In this document: positions 37,699-51,613 of the stretch, piece after piece | Layout: each line of letters starts with the position of its first letter | How positions within the stretch are numbered: the first letter of the stretch is position 1 | Assembly: GCA_965153355.1 (NCBI GenBank) | Contig: OZ231126.1 | Location: forward strand, 3,782,001 to 3,846,000 | From: Flaccisagitta enflata | Lineage: Eukaryota | DNA length: 64,000 bases | Direction of reading: 5' to 3' | Notes under the pieces: model-generated | Told to the model about the DNA's origin: nothing | Databases searched by the model: none | What the model saw: only the letters and a program-made list of their open reading frames with translations | Made by a program: the position numbers and the translations under genes

Positions 37699-40084
37699 GG
37701 CAACATTATTGTCTCTACATTTTATTGTAGCAACAATTAGCAACATGACAAAACTTTAAGCATGTATGCCAGCCGTTTCTATGACTATCATGACAGTGAT
37801 GTTTTTAGTCTTGTACACGCGACTCTACAATCTGCTTTTTCCCTTTTGTCCTGCCACCTATCCATCTGTCCGTCATTCCATCGATCCATCGATAGGTTCA
37901 GCTTTCAAACTTAACCGTTTTTTTTTCAGGGGTGTTGAGCGGCTTTTGGTTTTTCTCTCCCCCCCCCCCGTCTTTGATTTCCTTCCCCCCTCATTTGATT
38001 TTTTAAAAAAATTTTCCCCAAACTTGGTTCTTAAAACATAGAAAATCCATTATCGTTTGAAAGCTCTGCAAAATATCTTTCTAATGCAACGATGCTGGAT
38101 ATTCTAGCTTTTTTTGTTTAGAGATGACAAATGAATGAACAACATGTTCAGTTTTGTAATTTCATTAAAAAAGAACATTTCAGTAAAATAGTAGTTCGCT
38201 TAGAAAAGCTCTCACTCTGAAACCGTTTGAACTACAGGCCTGGGATTGGTCTAGAATGAAAAGAAATTCTGAAATCTCGTGAAAAAAAAAGTGAAAACTA
38301 TTCCTTCTAGTTTTTTAGATGCGTCATCGCATCTCTATAAGAGGGTCTGTCCATCCGTCCGTCCGTCCGTTGGTCCGTCCGTCCATCCGTCTGTCCGTCG
38401 GTCCGTTACGCCTCTTCTAATATCACGCAGATGACGCATCTAGTTGCCCGATCGGGCTTGTTAAAAAACAAAAAAGTGGTCAGATCTTTTATTCCCGTTG
38501 CAATCAATTTTGACATTCTAGACCACACCTTCTTCATCCTAATGTCACTTCTAAATTATTAAAGTTAGGACAGCCAGCAAGGTCCCATTTTGAAGATCTT
38601 TCACAGAGCTTTCCGTGCAAATGGTCATGGAATTTGCCATGTTTTCTTAATTGCGTAGATGTAAAGCACTGACAAACATATCTTATCCCGTTTTGTTTTA
38701 AACCCGAGCTTTACACAACCAGTGTGTAAAATACTAGTTTTCCTATCTTTTTACTTTTTTAGTCGCGTGCACGCGACTACACCCCACTTTGTCCGTTCGT
38801 CCATCCGTCGGTTGGTTGGTTGGTTGGTCTGTTGGTCCATCACACTTTTACTTTTTTTATCAATTTTATTTCTTTAAGTCATTTAAAGTCATTTAAGAGT
38901 ATACTGAGTCATTATAAGTCAATCTGTAAGTCTCGCACGCGACTTATAGGTGTTGGCCTTGTTTCATGGATAGACAGATCATGGACCAATGGACGACCAA
39001 AGCCACTTACAGACACAGTTGCGTGTTCATGTTCGCAACAAAAGTGGTTTCTGCTGTTTCATTCTGTATGCCTGCATGTGTATCCATCTTATCTGTCTGC
39101 AATTGTCCGTTTGTCACAAAACAAAATAGAGAGGCGCGCGTAAACCGCGCAAAAAATTGAAAGTCAATCTGGCTCTCTGACTTTCTTTTTCTGTCACCCT
39201 TTATGTCGGTTTATCTGTCACTGATGGTGTTTACTGTCAGTCTGTTTTTTTACCAATCAATATGTCCATGTACAATTCTGATTCTATGCTTGTTAGCCTT
39301 GTATTGTCCTCTGACCTAAACTTGAAAGAAATAACGACTGGCAGAAAACACTCGCATGGAGTGGGAACAAGACCAGATACACAGCTACCTCAGTCGCGTG
39401 TGGGTGGGCAGGGGCTGTATTTGAGGTCACTTCATCATTTGGGCCGGGACAGTGAGATCAAGAACCGCAAAAAAAAACAAAAGAAGTAAAGTATGATGGA
39501 TGGATGGACCAATGGATGGATGGACCAATGGACTGACAAAGCGGGGTGTAGAGTCGCGTAGCACGCGACTTAAAAAAGCTAAGACTACCAAGATAGACTA
39601 AGATAGACAGAGACAGACAGACAGACAGACACTGCAAAACAGGTCAAACGAAATCACTTGTCTTTCACTTGAAAGATGAAAACAGTTTGTGTGTTTGTTT
39701 GTTTAGATGGCAGAAAATTGAAAATCGGCTAAAATTGAGCAAAATATGCTCATTTAGGGCCAATAATGCTCATTCAGGGCCGGTCGCATAAAAAAATAGT
39801 TGTAAAATTTCCTTCAGGCTATCACTATCGAATTCTAGAGCTTCATGTTAGTAGGTTTACCTCCAAAAATGGTGTAGTTTGCCTATAAATTAGCTCCAAA
39901 GATTAAAAATATGACAAAAATGCTCATTCCGGGGCCCATATGCTCGATCAGGGCCAGGGGCGGTAAGGGATCCCGCCAGATTTCGCCATTTTTGACCTCA
40001 GAAACAGATTCTACGGGTCAGAAACCTTAAGATATCAATCCTCAAATCGCCTGTGATATTCCATCGACATTCTGGACCCCATTA
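37699..40084 (-). repeat. Inverted segmental duplication, copy B
   Basis: Near-identical reverse complement of 23336-25723 with a few SNPs and two short divergent patches. Confidence 0.96.
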
Positions 40085-40622
40085 TTCGAGCAACCTCCTT
40101 ATTTTGCTTTACTTCAACGACACTGTACATGTCTGTTTGGCTGACTAAAACTATTGTCTAACTGTATACGTCTGTTAGTCAGTCTAAAACTATTGTCTTT
40201 ACTGAATACATATTCTTTTGTTTTTGTGGACATTTTGCAAGGGTCTTCAGCTTTATTGTCATTGTTTGAAATAGTGAACTGATTTTTCAATGTGTATTTA
40301 ACTGCATTTGGCACTTGTGTGAGTGTTGTTGTGCTCCAACAAACGTTTAAGTTGTTCTTGTCTGTATATGAAAATTTTACTGATTTGTTTATTTTGTTGT
40401 TACAATTTTTTCATCCTTTCATGGGTTTTTAGTCACGAACTTGTGACTATAAGAGGCTCTGTCCATCTGTCCCTCCGTCCATCCATCAATCCATCCATCC
40501 GTCGGTTCTAGTGCATGTGTGCGGGAGTTGGGGTTGGGGATGGGGTTGGGACGCCCCCGCCGGCGACGATATTGTAACCCCGCCTTACTTGTTAAATTGT
40601 TCCTTTTGTTGCCTTTATTCAG

Positions 40623-41290
40623 CGCCCCCACGATTGGGATTCCCCTTCTCCATAACCGGCTTCTTACAAACTCGCGTCAACCAATATTATTCTCCTCCTC
40701 CTCCTCCTCCTTATTCGTCGTTCAGCGCCCCACGATTGGGATTTCCCTTCTCCATTACCAGCTTCTTACAAGCTCGCGTCAACCCATTTTCTCCTCCTCA
40801 TCCTTATTCGTCTCAAGGACCTCATCTCCCTTATCCTCACGGTCCTCATGCTCCACCTCATCCTCATGGTCCTCATCCCCCTCACGGTCCTCATCCTCCT
40901 CCTCGCGGTCCTTATCCACCTCATGGCTCTCACCTTCCTCCTCCTCACGCCATCGGTGGTGATCCTCATCGCATCACCTCTCCACCACCTTCCTCGCATC
41001 CACCACCTCTTCCGTCGAGACCCTCGACCACGCCTACCACAACTCAAGAATCCTCGGCACTCCCGCAGCAGCTGCAGCAGCAACAATCCTCTTCCTCCAC
41101 GACCTCAGCTAGCTCCTCCATGGCGGGACCTGCACCTCCTCCTTCATCGTCGTCTTCAACCTCATCGTCTGCATCTGCTGCTGCTGCTCCACCACCAAAG
41201 GCTTCTTCCTCATCTTCCTCAGCCTCTTCCACTCTCAGGTCCTCTCAGGCCCCAAATCAGCCCTCTTCGACCTCAAACCCTCTCAGATAA
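40623..41290 (+). other. Exon-like Pro/His/Ser-rich open frame of unknown gene, running into a HINE family B 3' half
   Basis: Acceptor-like gcctttattcag; GC-rich frame with PHGPH repeats, poly-Q and poly-S; internal ~100 bp direct duplication. Confidence 0.4.
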
Positions 41291-41720
41291 AAAATTAATC
41301 CTCCCTGGCCTAAAACAAGCCCTCTTAAATCTGAAGTAGCTAACAGGCCCAAAATTAGCCCACTCAGGCGTGAATCAACCCTCTCAGGCCCCAAATCAGC
41401 CCTCAAATTTTCCCTCCCAGCTTTTGAAGACGCCCTCGTCCCTGATCTTATATAAGCCCTTGGATCCCCTGCTCCAAGCAATTAAATGCCCTCAATTATG
41501 CCCTCTCAGGACATCTGGAAATTCACCCCTGAGACATCAGCGTTTTGGGCCGATGCCCTGCTCTCACTCCATTACTTCGCTTGATTACTTCAAGCAGGGC
41601 ATCGGGTACCGCTGACCATGTGCGATCCTTGAATGACTAGTTTCTTATGTGCCTCTTCTTATAGTTGCTGCAATTGCCACAATTGTTATCTCATACCCAT
41701 CTATCTCTTATCTCCTACAG

Positions 41721-41891
41721 TTGCTGTTCTGCGACAATTGCGATCGTCGATACCACATGTACTGCTTGCAACCACCCCTTTAATCTCATGCCTTTATTTC
41801 TTATCCCTCCAATTGCTGTTTTGTGTGGATTTGCAATTGCGGTTACCACATGTATTGCTTGCAACCTCCTTGCAGGAAGATGACCCTAAAG
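41721..41891 (+). pseudogene. Tandem decayed copies of a PHD-finger exon (DPF/d4-like)
   Basis: tctcctacag|[20 protein letters not shown] then a second frameshifted copy [18 protein letters not shown]..(L)QEDDPK g|gttag; resembles DPF PHD2 QLLFCDDCDRGYHMYCL.PP...PPEG. Confidence 0.75.
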
Positions 41892-42191
41892 GTTAGCTTT
41901 ACTACTACAACCACCAATACATTATCAACCCCTAAAATGTCACGCCAAACGAATTTCCGCATGAGAAAAAAACTTTGCCGCCATGTTATTTTAAGTCCCA
42001 ATACATCACAAACACTGGGATTGTGGTCTGATGCGGGGTCATTGATGCCTACGTTTATAGGGCTATCCGAGACAGTGTGTGAGATGAAGAGCAAGAGAGT
42101 GCAAGAGAGAGCGAGAGAGAGCGAGAGAGAGAGCGAGAGAATGAGCGAGAGAGAGAACAACTTTTGAGTTGTGTTGTTTTCTTCCTTTTTT

Positions 42192-43985
42192 TGGGCAGCA
42201 GCCCCAAAGGGGACGAAGTCCTGTAGAACACAGGGGGACTTTCGTTCGTCCATTCGTTCGTTTGTTTGTTCGTCCCCCCCCCTTCATCACGCCTCTCAGG
42301 CCTCAAATCTTGCCTCTCAGGCCTCAAATCTGGCCTCTCAGGCCTCAAATCTGGCCTCTCAGGCCTCTCAGGCCTCAAATCTGGCCTCTCAGGCCTCAAA
42401 TCCGGCCTCTCAGGCCCAAAATCCAACCTCTCAGACCTCAAACCTGGCCTCTCAGGCCTCATGAGTCATGCCTCTCTAGCCTCAAATCCAAATTCTCAGG
42501 CCTCAAATCTGGCCTCTCAGGCCTCCAATTGGGCCTCTCAGGCCTCAAATCTGGCCTCTCAGGCCTCAAATCTGGCCTCTCAGCCCTCAAATCCAGCCTC
42601 TCAAGCCCAGGGTCCGACAAAATTTTTCGCTGCCTACGAGCAAAAAATTTGAACCGGTCCCTGCCTACAAAATTTGCGTATGATTTTCGCATGATTGCAA
42701 TAGCAAAAAAAATGAAGGTAATATGCAGTGATCAACCAACTGAATTTTTTACACATGACACATGACCCTATACAGGTAGAGCTGAATAAAACACATCGTG
42801 TATGAAAAAAATCCTCTTATGTATCATTTGCTCTTTGTTCACCATGAACTTAATGGCAAAACTTTGTAGGCATGGATTTTTTCAATTTTTAAATTTTCAT
42901 CTTCTTTGTTGCTCTCTTTCTGTTTTTTTTTCCTCTTGTTTTTTCTTTTCTTTTCTCTCTCTTTCTTTTCTCTCTTTGTTTTTTCCCCTCTTTCTTTCTC
43001 TTTTTCCCTCTCTCTTTCTCTTTTCCCCTCTTTCTTTCTCTTCTACCGTCTTTTTTTTTCCTCTCTTCGTCGCCCACTCTTTTCTTTCCTCTGCTGCCTA
43101 CAAAACTGCTCGCTGCCTTGGATCATTGCTCCCAAGCTCCCGCACTTTGTCGTACCCTGCTCAAGCCCCAAATCAAGCCTCTCGGGTCTAAAATCCAACC
43201 TCTCAGGCCCAAAATCCAACCTCTCAGACCTCAAACCTGGCCTCTCAGGCCTCATGCCTCTCAGGTCTCAAATCCAAATTCTCAGGCCTAAAATCTGGCC
43301 TCTCAGGCCTCAAATCTGGCCTTTCAAGCCCTAATCCCGAACTCTCTCAAGTCTCGAGTCAGCCCTCTCAAACTTCCAATTGGCATTGTCAGGCCTTACA
43401 TCAGCCTTCCCAGACTTCAGTTTAGGCTCTTGAAGGCCTTCTGTCAGCCCTCTATAGCAGCTCATCCACTTCTTCAGGCAGGACAAACGAAAGTCCCCCT
43501 GTGTTCTACAGGACTTTGTCCCCTTTGGGGCCGCTGCCCTGCTTCTCCTCACTCCAATTCACAATCACTCAAAGCAGGGCAATGGGTATCGCTGACCAAA
43601 TATTGCCCTTGGGCGACCTGCTTTTCTTTCATTTTTGGGCAGCGGCCCCGAAGGGGACGAAGTCCTGTAGAACACAGGGGGAATCTGTCCGTCCGTCCGT
43701 CCGTCCGTCCCCCCCCCCTGCCCCACCCTCAGGGCTTTGACTCCTTTGGGGCCCAAATCGAAACTGTATCGCCCAAATCCAGCCAAAATGGGCCAAATCC
43801 AGGCAAAATTGCCCGAGACAAGGAATATGGGCCAAATCTGGCTAGAAAATCTGACAGATTCCCCCTGTGTTCTACAGGACTTCGTCCCCTTCGGGGCCGC
43901 TGCCCTGCTCCCTCTCAACCTTAATCACTTTCTACTCAAGCAGGGCACGGGTACCGCTGACCACTTACTGCCTTTGGGCTGCTAT
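42192..43985 (+). mobile_element. HINE family B copies (one interrupted, one compact at 43637-43985)
   Basis: Same subterminal IRs, (CAGGCCTCAAATCTGGCCTCT)n array and GGTACCGCTGACCA 3' tail. Confidence 0.72.
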
Positions 43986-44642
43986 TTCTATCTCTTAGTT
44001 TCTCATACATCGTTTTTCAGGCAGCAGCCCTGAGTGCGAACTTTTTTAGTCGCGGATACGCGACTCTACACCTTGCCGTGTCGGTCGGTTGGTCCGTCAC
44101 ATTTTTGAATTCCGAGCGGTTTTCGCATTACTGTTCCTGCCCATCTGTACGCGACTGGATTGCCGTGTATCCAGCCTAGTTAGAACAAAGGATGACTTCC
44201 ATTTGTCTGTCCATTCCTTTGTTTGTTCCCCCTCAATCAGGCCTCTCAGGCTTCAAATCAGGCCTCTCAGGCTTCAAAATAGGCCTCCCGAGTCGGATAT
44301 CTCTGACCACAAATAGCTTTTGGGTGACGGGTTTCCTTTCTTCCCCCCTCTCTCTCTCTCTTTCTTTCTTCCTCTTTCTTTCTTCCTCTCTTTCTTAGCT
44401 CTTTCTTTCTTTGCTCATTCTTTCTTTCAAAATGTTACGGGACCGATGGACCGACGGACCGACCAACAGAGCAAGGTGTAGAGTCGAGTGCACGAGAATG
44501 TCGAGAATGATGATGTTTCTTTTAAACTTCGTAGCAGAATTACTACGGTCAAGGGGCTTTAAAATCTCTGACAATGTTTTTCTTTCCCTCAATTTCTATA
44601 AGTTGGCGCATGTTAGTAGCCGAAATTAAGCTTTGTTGCTTA

Positions 44643-45043
44643 CAGAGGAAGGAGAAATATAAGATGTGAACCCCCTTAAAACTGTAGCACCCCCCTTACA
44701 GCTCAAACTACAGCAATAAATAATAAATTTATTATTGTTAATAAAAGTTTATGACTATACAAATAGCATCTTCAGAAAGATTTTACAATTTTCATTCCAG
44801 TCTCAAATTATAATGAAAAATCCTTGATTTTATGCATTTATAATAATAGTTAATTTCAATGTTTTATTAAACTATATCTTGATTTAAAAAATAAAAATGA
44901 AAAATCGCTCTGATGAGGCCACTTGTATTAATATTAATATTTTTCCAGTACCTTTAAAATATTTATAATCTAATTGATTAAAGCTGTAGGTGGGGGTGCT
45001 ACAGTTTTCAGGGGGTTCACACCTTATATTAACCTTCTCTCTG
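44643..45043. mobile_element. Tc1/mariner-type MITE
   Basis: TA-flanked; ~60 bp TIRs CAGAGGAAGGAGAAATATAAGATGTGAACCCCCTTAAAACTGTAGCACCCCC / GGGGGTGCTACAGTTTTCAGGGGGTTCACACCTTATATTAACCTTCTCTCTG. Confidence 0.8.
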
Positions 45044-48000
45044 TAAGCTTGAAATTTGTAAAACAAGAGTTTCGTTGAAGTGCCGATAACATGAGTTCTG
45101 CAGTACGTAATTGTCAACTACGTACAACGCAGATTGCTTGTGCCTCTAGTGATAAAGTTTATTTCAGACCTTCAGCGATTCTTTCTAAGTGAGTCCTCGC
45201 ACTTCTAAGAGGTCATGTCCGTAGGTCGGTCGGTTGGTCGGTCGGTCACGCAAACGTTTGAAATGCGCATAACGGCTGATTCTGACGTATTTCTTCATTC
45301 CTATCACCTTTCATGCCTCACCACATTCATATATTGATTCATGAATCATTTATTTATTCATTCATTCATTTATGAAAAACGTTCATTTACAAAATCTTAA
45401 TCAAGCGAGGCGCACTAATTGGCCTTCACTTGGCCTTGTTGTATTTGTTCTAGCTCTCGAACCTGCGGCTAAGCGTGGAGGTACTGGAGATGTATATGTA
45501 AAGAGACCGGATTGCTCCTACAGCCAATGGCAAAACCGTTAGTGCCGCTGAGTGCAAACATTTTATTTTTAGTCAACTGCAGGGCCCAGTCAAGATGAAA
45601 ATCTTGCACTTCCTGTTTGGCTTTTCTTGGATTACTTAAATATTCCAGATGTGTAGAAGTTCTGTTTGCGGTAAAATAAAGAATTTTGAATTTTTAGATT
45701 TTGTCAGTACATTAATAAATATTTTTTTAGTCTTCTTATTGATCAAATAAATTTATTGAATACCTTATTGAGTACCTTGAAATGGTCATAAAAGGTGCCC
45801 CTTTTTTCAATGCGCCGCAGTGTAGGTAGAGCAGGGTAAAACTGGTCACCCGGGGAGAAATGGTTCACCTGCTTTTCAGTCACGTGCACGCGACTCCAAC
45901 CCACTGTCTGTCTATCGGTCAGTCTGTCTGTTAGTAACGCTTTGTGTTTTTCCATTGTTTTCCTTCGTTTTAAGTCATTTTAAGTTATCTAAAGTTAATT
46001 GAGCCTTTATTTTAAGGTCAATTTACATTTAGTCTTTTAGTATTTTAGTCTTTTGGTGTTATGGTCTTAACAACCGCACGCGGCTGTAAGGTGTTGGCCT
46101 TGTTACATAGAGACTGTGAAAACAAGGCTAACAGTCCCGTGCGGGACATGAATAACTTAAGATGGCTTATATTGACTTTAAATGACTGAAGATTACTTTA
46201 AATGTTTTACCATGGCTTATAAACATTACTTTAAATGACTTAAAAAACATAAAATGATGTAAAATGACTTAAATGAATAAATTTACCTGATTGACTTAAG
46301 TGATTCAATATAACTTTTAATGACCAAAAATGACAAACAACTTAAAGAAATAAAAAAAAATTAAAGTTTGACAGACGGGCCGACCAACCAACCGACGGGC
46401 CGACCAACCAACCGTCGGACGGACCAAGCAGGTTGTAGAGTCGTGCATGCGAGTTAAAATTGCCGATTATGATAATTAAGGAAGGTTAATTGTATCTATA
46501 TTTAGTCGCGTGCTACGCTACACTCGTTTGGCCCTTTGGTCCTTCGCTCCGTCTGTCACATTTTTAGATGCGTCCGTCAAGAACACATCTCTATAAGAGG
46601 GTCTGTCCATCTGTTGGTCCATTGGTCCGTCGGTCGGTCCATTACGCCTGTGAAAAAATCGCGTTTCTTGGCTGTTTTTGGTCACGGTGAGATCCTACAC
46701 TGAAACAAATGATCAACCAACGTGTTTTGAGAGTCTTTTCATCCGTCTGTCGTCCATCTGTCTCTCTGTACATATGAAAGTTGGACAACATTACTACTCA
46801 ACCCAATCTAAACAAAGGACAAGAGCCTTTGGAGCTCTCAATGGTGTTTAATCCGGACCCATCACAACTTTCCTTAAAATTTTCATAAGTTCTTTCATAT
46901 GATTTATCATAAGTTCTTTCACATGATCAATACACATGATCAATACACGCTAAGACACAGCCCGGACGCATCGTTGCCCGGTCGGACTGTTTTTTTTATT
47001 TGTTGACCTCAATCCTCCTGCCTTGTGGTGACCTCAATCCTCCTGCCTTGTGGTGACCACAAATACGGTCCCTGCCCGCCCGCCCGCGACTGGGTAGCCG
47101 TATTCGGCCTTGTTGATGAAAACGGAATTTTAATGTAGGTTGCAATGGCAAGGATGTATATAGTTCTATGATCATTGATTAGTCCCCCCCTGCCTTTGAT
47201 TTTCTTCCCCGTGACGCGTTGCGTCGCGTTACAAAATCTATGATTTTCTTACCCATATAGCAATAAAACAGTGTTTTAAAGGTTTAAATAGCGTTAAGTT
47301 GTGTTTTACTAATAAGTTTTTATGTTTTGGTACTGCCAAAAGTTTTTTTCTCCCCAAATTTTCTTTTTTTTTTCTTTTTCCCTCTTACTTTTTTTCCCCA
47401 TCTCCAAGCCCTTTTCTTATTTCCCCCCCCCCACCCCCGAATGTAGAACTATATACAGGCCTGTGTAATAGTATGGAACTAAGCAGCGGCAAACCAGCAA
47501 GAAATGGAGGTAAAAAAAGATGTCGTAATTTTTAAATCACCTTTGCGATACTAAATATGAATAAATATGATAGGTATTTGATCAATTTTCAATCAGAATT
47601 ACTTGGAAATGCATTATTGCCTGATCCTGTGATTTTTTTTACGATGAAACTTGATAAAATTTAAAGAAAATGGAGAAGGGCCTTAAAAATCACCTCCTGA
47701 GGTAAGATTTGTCTGTCGGTCCATTATGCCTCATTTAATATCACGCAGATGACGCATCTAGTTGCCCGCCTAGGCTTGGTTAGATGCATCCTCGTATCAC
47801 TACTATAGACTGTGTCCATTGGTTGGTCGGTCAGTTGGTCGGTTGGTTGGTCGGTAATGCATTCAATAAAAACATCAAAATCATGCATTTCTTCAACAGT
47901 TACATGGTTCTACGCAATAAAAGTAGCATACATTCAGCGACTCATTCATTCATTAATTCATTTATTCATTCATAGATGACAGTAATTGATAAAACGAGAA

Positions 48001-48725
48001 AAAAACTAAGTAGGAACGTTTGCTCAGCTGTTTCAGGGATGAAGCATCATGGAAAAAAGTTGACTGAAATTTTTAAAGTGCTTATATTTTTGAATTTTAT
48101 TGTTATAAATGCTTAAATAGTGATTATACTAAGTTGGTTCAGCATCATAAGACCCAGAATAACAAGATTGACCTTTTTTTGTCGCAAAAAAAATCTTCAT
48201 TAATTCAGGATTAAGAATACCATGTTAGAAACTTTAATTACGCTAACAAAAGAGCCTGTACTCGGCTGTACTCTTGGGGATTGACCAATATGACAATGCT
48301 GATTGCAAATCTATCTTCAGAAAAATTTTCAATTAATCCTGAATAACGCTGTAGTTCCATAAAGTTGGCCCATTTAGATGATAAATTTGTGTTTTGGTGT
48401 CCAAGAATTGTTATTGATTTGTATAGGTTTGTATTACAGTTGTGTGCAGGTTGTCGCATACCTGTCACACTGAAATCTCAATCCTAACATAAAATGTCCT
48501 AGGGTTGACCTCTAGTTGTCCCATACTTGTCCTAGTGTTGTCCAAGGGTTATATTAGGAATCCTTAACTTTGTCTCAGACGTTCAAGGTACAGACACAAA
48601 AAGTACACATATGAAGTGAGGAGAGCCCAAAAGCTATAGCAGCCTCTTGATGGAGCGATCAACTTACCAACAAGCCAACCAACCAATAAACAAATTAATT
48701 GCCCTAATATTGCATAGCAACTGAC

Positions 48726-49024
48726 CAGGGGTGTATGATTATAAAATTGAGTGGCATTTGATTTTATTCCCCCCCTGCATTTGATTTTCTTCCCAGCGAC
48801 GCGTTGCGTTACAAAATCTTTGATTTCCTTATCCTCAAAGCTGTTAAACAGTGAATTTTAGGTTTTAATAGTGTTAAATTGTGTTGTAGTAATTACATTT
48901 TACCTTTTGGTACTGCCAAAAGTGTAAAATCTTCAATTTTTTTTTTCTTTTTTTCAAGCTTTTCTTCCCCATCTCCAAACCATTTGATTTTATTCCTCTA
49001 AATACTCAACATTATACACGCCTG
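48726..49024. mobile_element. hAT-type MITE with a perfect 8 bp TSD
   Basis: CAACTGAC|CAGGGGTGTATGA ... TTATACACGCCTG|CAACTGAC; related copy at ~47150-47463. Confidence 0.88.
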
Positions 49025-50060
49025 CAACTGACAAAAAAAATATCCCTTCAAATCAAATCAAATGCCACCAGGACAACTAACAGTCATTTATACTACACAC
49101 TTGCATGAAATATGAAGTGGGGAGATGCCAAAAGTAGAGGCAGTGTAGGCACCCCCAAAGCCCCCTTAAAAGCTAAATTTTATGCTCTAAAATGGGATTA
49201 TGGTAACTAAACGTGTTATCTACATTCCACTAGGCCACACAACTAGCAAATGCCTACTTATGATCACATGTTCAAAACAAAACACTGAATTATATCAAGA
49301 AACCAAGCTAAAGGGTAATGACACTCACTACACCCCCTTTGCGACACACTGTGTCAGTCATGTTTACATTTCATCACACATAAACTTTTCCTTTAAATTT
49401 GCCTAATTGCAAAAACAATAAAATTTGATCATGCAAATATTTAAAAATCATCGCTATTTGGCATGCATCATTTCCATTGCCCTGTGGTTGATTTTGACAT
49501 TATTTTAGTATAAAATAGCAAAATACAGCCTTTGTGAGTGTGAAAATAATTCCTTTCATAGTTTAGGACAAAAAAGACCCCTTTCTATGCAAAAAATATA
49601 AAAAACATCAAGGATGAGGCAAGTGACAGATTTATCTAAATTATGGCTATCACTCTTTGATGTGAAATAACTTGCAAAATGAAATATGACAGGTGTTGTG
49701 GGGTATCAAATGAAAGCCCTTACAATTCTGCATCGATTGATACCTATAATGGGGAGTTTGATGGGAAAAAAAATTTACGTCATACTTCCCTAAACTAAGC
49801 GTGATGGACAGACGGATGGATGGACAGATGGACGGAACAACCAACCGATCGACCGACAGACAGAGCCAGTCATAGAGTCACGTGAACAGGACTAAAAAAC
49901 ATGCATTAATAAAAAAAAATTCATTCAAAGAGGACACCTTGTTCATACATGTCAGGAACTTTCAAATTTTAAAATTATAGTCTGGTGGAGCAAGCTAGGT
50001 CTAACTGACATAGCCCTTGAGTTAGCTCCCTACAAAGATCGTTGCCCACAGTCATTGAGA

Positions 50061-50228
50061 GAACAAGGCCAGATACACGGCCACCAGTTGCGGACAGGTG
50101 GGCAGGGGCGGATATGCGCGTTTTCCCACTTTTTGACTCGTGCTCACCAACGGACCGAACGACCAACCAACGGATAGACGGACAGACGGACAAAGCCTCT
50201 TATAGAGTTGCGTGTCCGCAACTAAAAA
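50061..50228 (-). mobile_element. HINE family A copy
   Basis: Same terminal hairpins and GGAC microsatellite as 18021-18182. Confidence 0.78.
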
Positions 50229-50949
50229 GTTCAAGCAGATGTGCAAAAAGATACACGCGAATGAAGAAATCAATGTTAAATGTTAATAAACAGGCCTTAA
50301 TTTAGTGATTGTGTTGAGCGTGCACGCCGAGCACGCCACTCACATATATATGCGTAAGTAAATTTATTTCCTTATTTCACAAGTTCGGTTACTAAAGGTG
50401 AATAAATGAAACGCTCTCATGACAACAGCTTCTTTTTACTCGCGGACACGCGACTCTACACCTTGCCGTGTCAGTCATTAGGTTGGTAGGTTGGTAGGTT
50501 GGTACGTCCATAACAAATTTCATTGAATTCCAAGCGGTTTTTGCATTACCACTCCTGCCCAACCATCCGAGACTGGATTGCCGTGTATCTGGCCTTGTTT
50601 TATAGTTGGCTGCTACGGTTGGTTGTTCGGTCACATTATACCTGTTTTTAGTCGCGAACACGTGACTCTTCACTTTGCCGTGTTGGACGGTAGGTTGGTC
50701 CGTTGGTCTGTCTGTTCATCCGTCCATTTTTGAATTTGGTGCGATTTTCAAATTACCGCTCCTGCCGAACCATCCGTGACTGGATTGCCGTGTATCCAGC
50801 CTTGTTTCTATTTGCGGACTTAGGTCTCACTGATTCTCCCGAAATGCTTTAATGACCTAAAATGCTGCCCCTGCCCACTACTGGGTTAGCCTTGTATCCG
50901 GCCTTCTTGTTATGTTCAAATCCAACAGAGTTGTGAGTACGGGTCATGG

Positions 50950-51392
50950 CCTGCGTGTGTGTGTGTGTGTGTCTGTGTGTGTGTGTCTGTGAGTGTGTGG
51001 CTGTGTGTGTGTGTGGCTGTGTGTGTGCGTGTTGCTGTTTGTACGCGTGTGGCTGTGTGTGTGGCTGTGTGAGTGTTTGTTTGTTTGTTTGTTTGTTTGT
51101 TTGTTTGTTTGTTTGTGTGTGTGTGTTGGTTGTGCAGTTTAAAATCAAACGGAAATTGTTGATTATTGACTTTTAAACCGAGATTTCCAAGATTTCCAAG
51201 TGAAAGATGTCCTATCAATTTTCCCAAAATTCTACCAACACTCAAATCTTATCACTAAGAGTGTGAGTGTGTACGTGCGTGTGTGTATGTGTGTGTGTGT
51301 GTGTGGCTGTGTGTGTGGTTGTGTGTGGCTGTGTGTGTGTGGCTGTGTGTGTGTGGCTGTGTGTGTGGCTGTGTGTGTGTTTGTGTGTGTGC

Positions 51393-51479
<87 letters not shown>

Positions 51480-51613
51480 GGTTGTGCAGTTTAAAATCAA
51501 ACGGAAAATGTTGTTGATTATTGACTTTTAAACCGAGATTTCCAAGATTTCCAAGTGAAAGATGTCCTATCAATTTTCCCAAAATTCTACCAACACTCAA
51601 ATCTTATCACTAA
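50950..51613. repeat. (GT)n microsatellites with a ~140 bp direct duplication (51118-51257 / 51473-51613)
   Basis: GTTGGTTGTGCAGTTTAAAATCAAACGGAAA...CTCAAATCTTATCACTAA occurs twice, each after a GT tract. Confidence 0.93.

Noticed and set aside
40085-40320. Continuation of LINE ORF1 across the presumed inversion breakpoint
   Set aside because: The frames I translated after 40084 do not show the expected ORF1 C-terminal motif (I..DLT), so the simple rejoin is unsupported.
48238-48468. 76 aa minus-strand ORF with possible splice signals
   Set aside because: No recognisable motif or partner exon.
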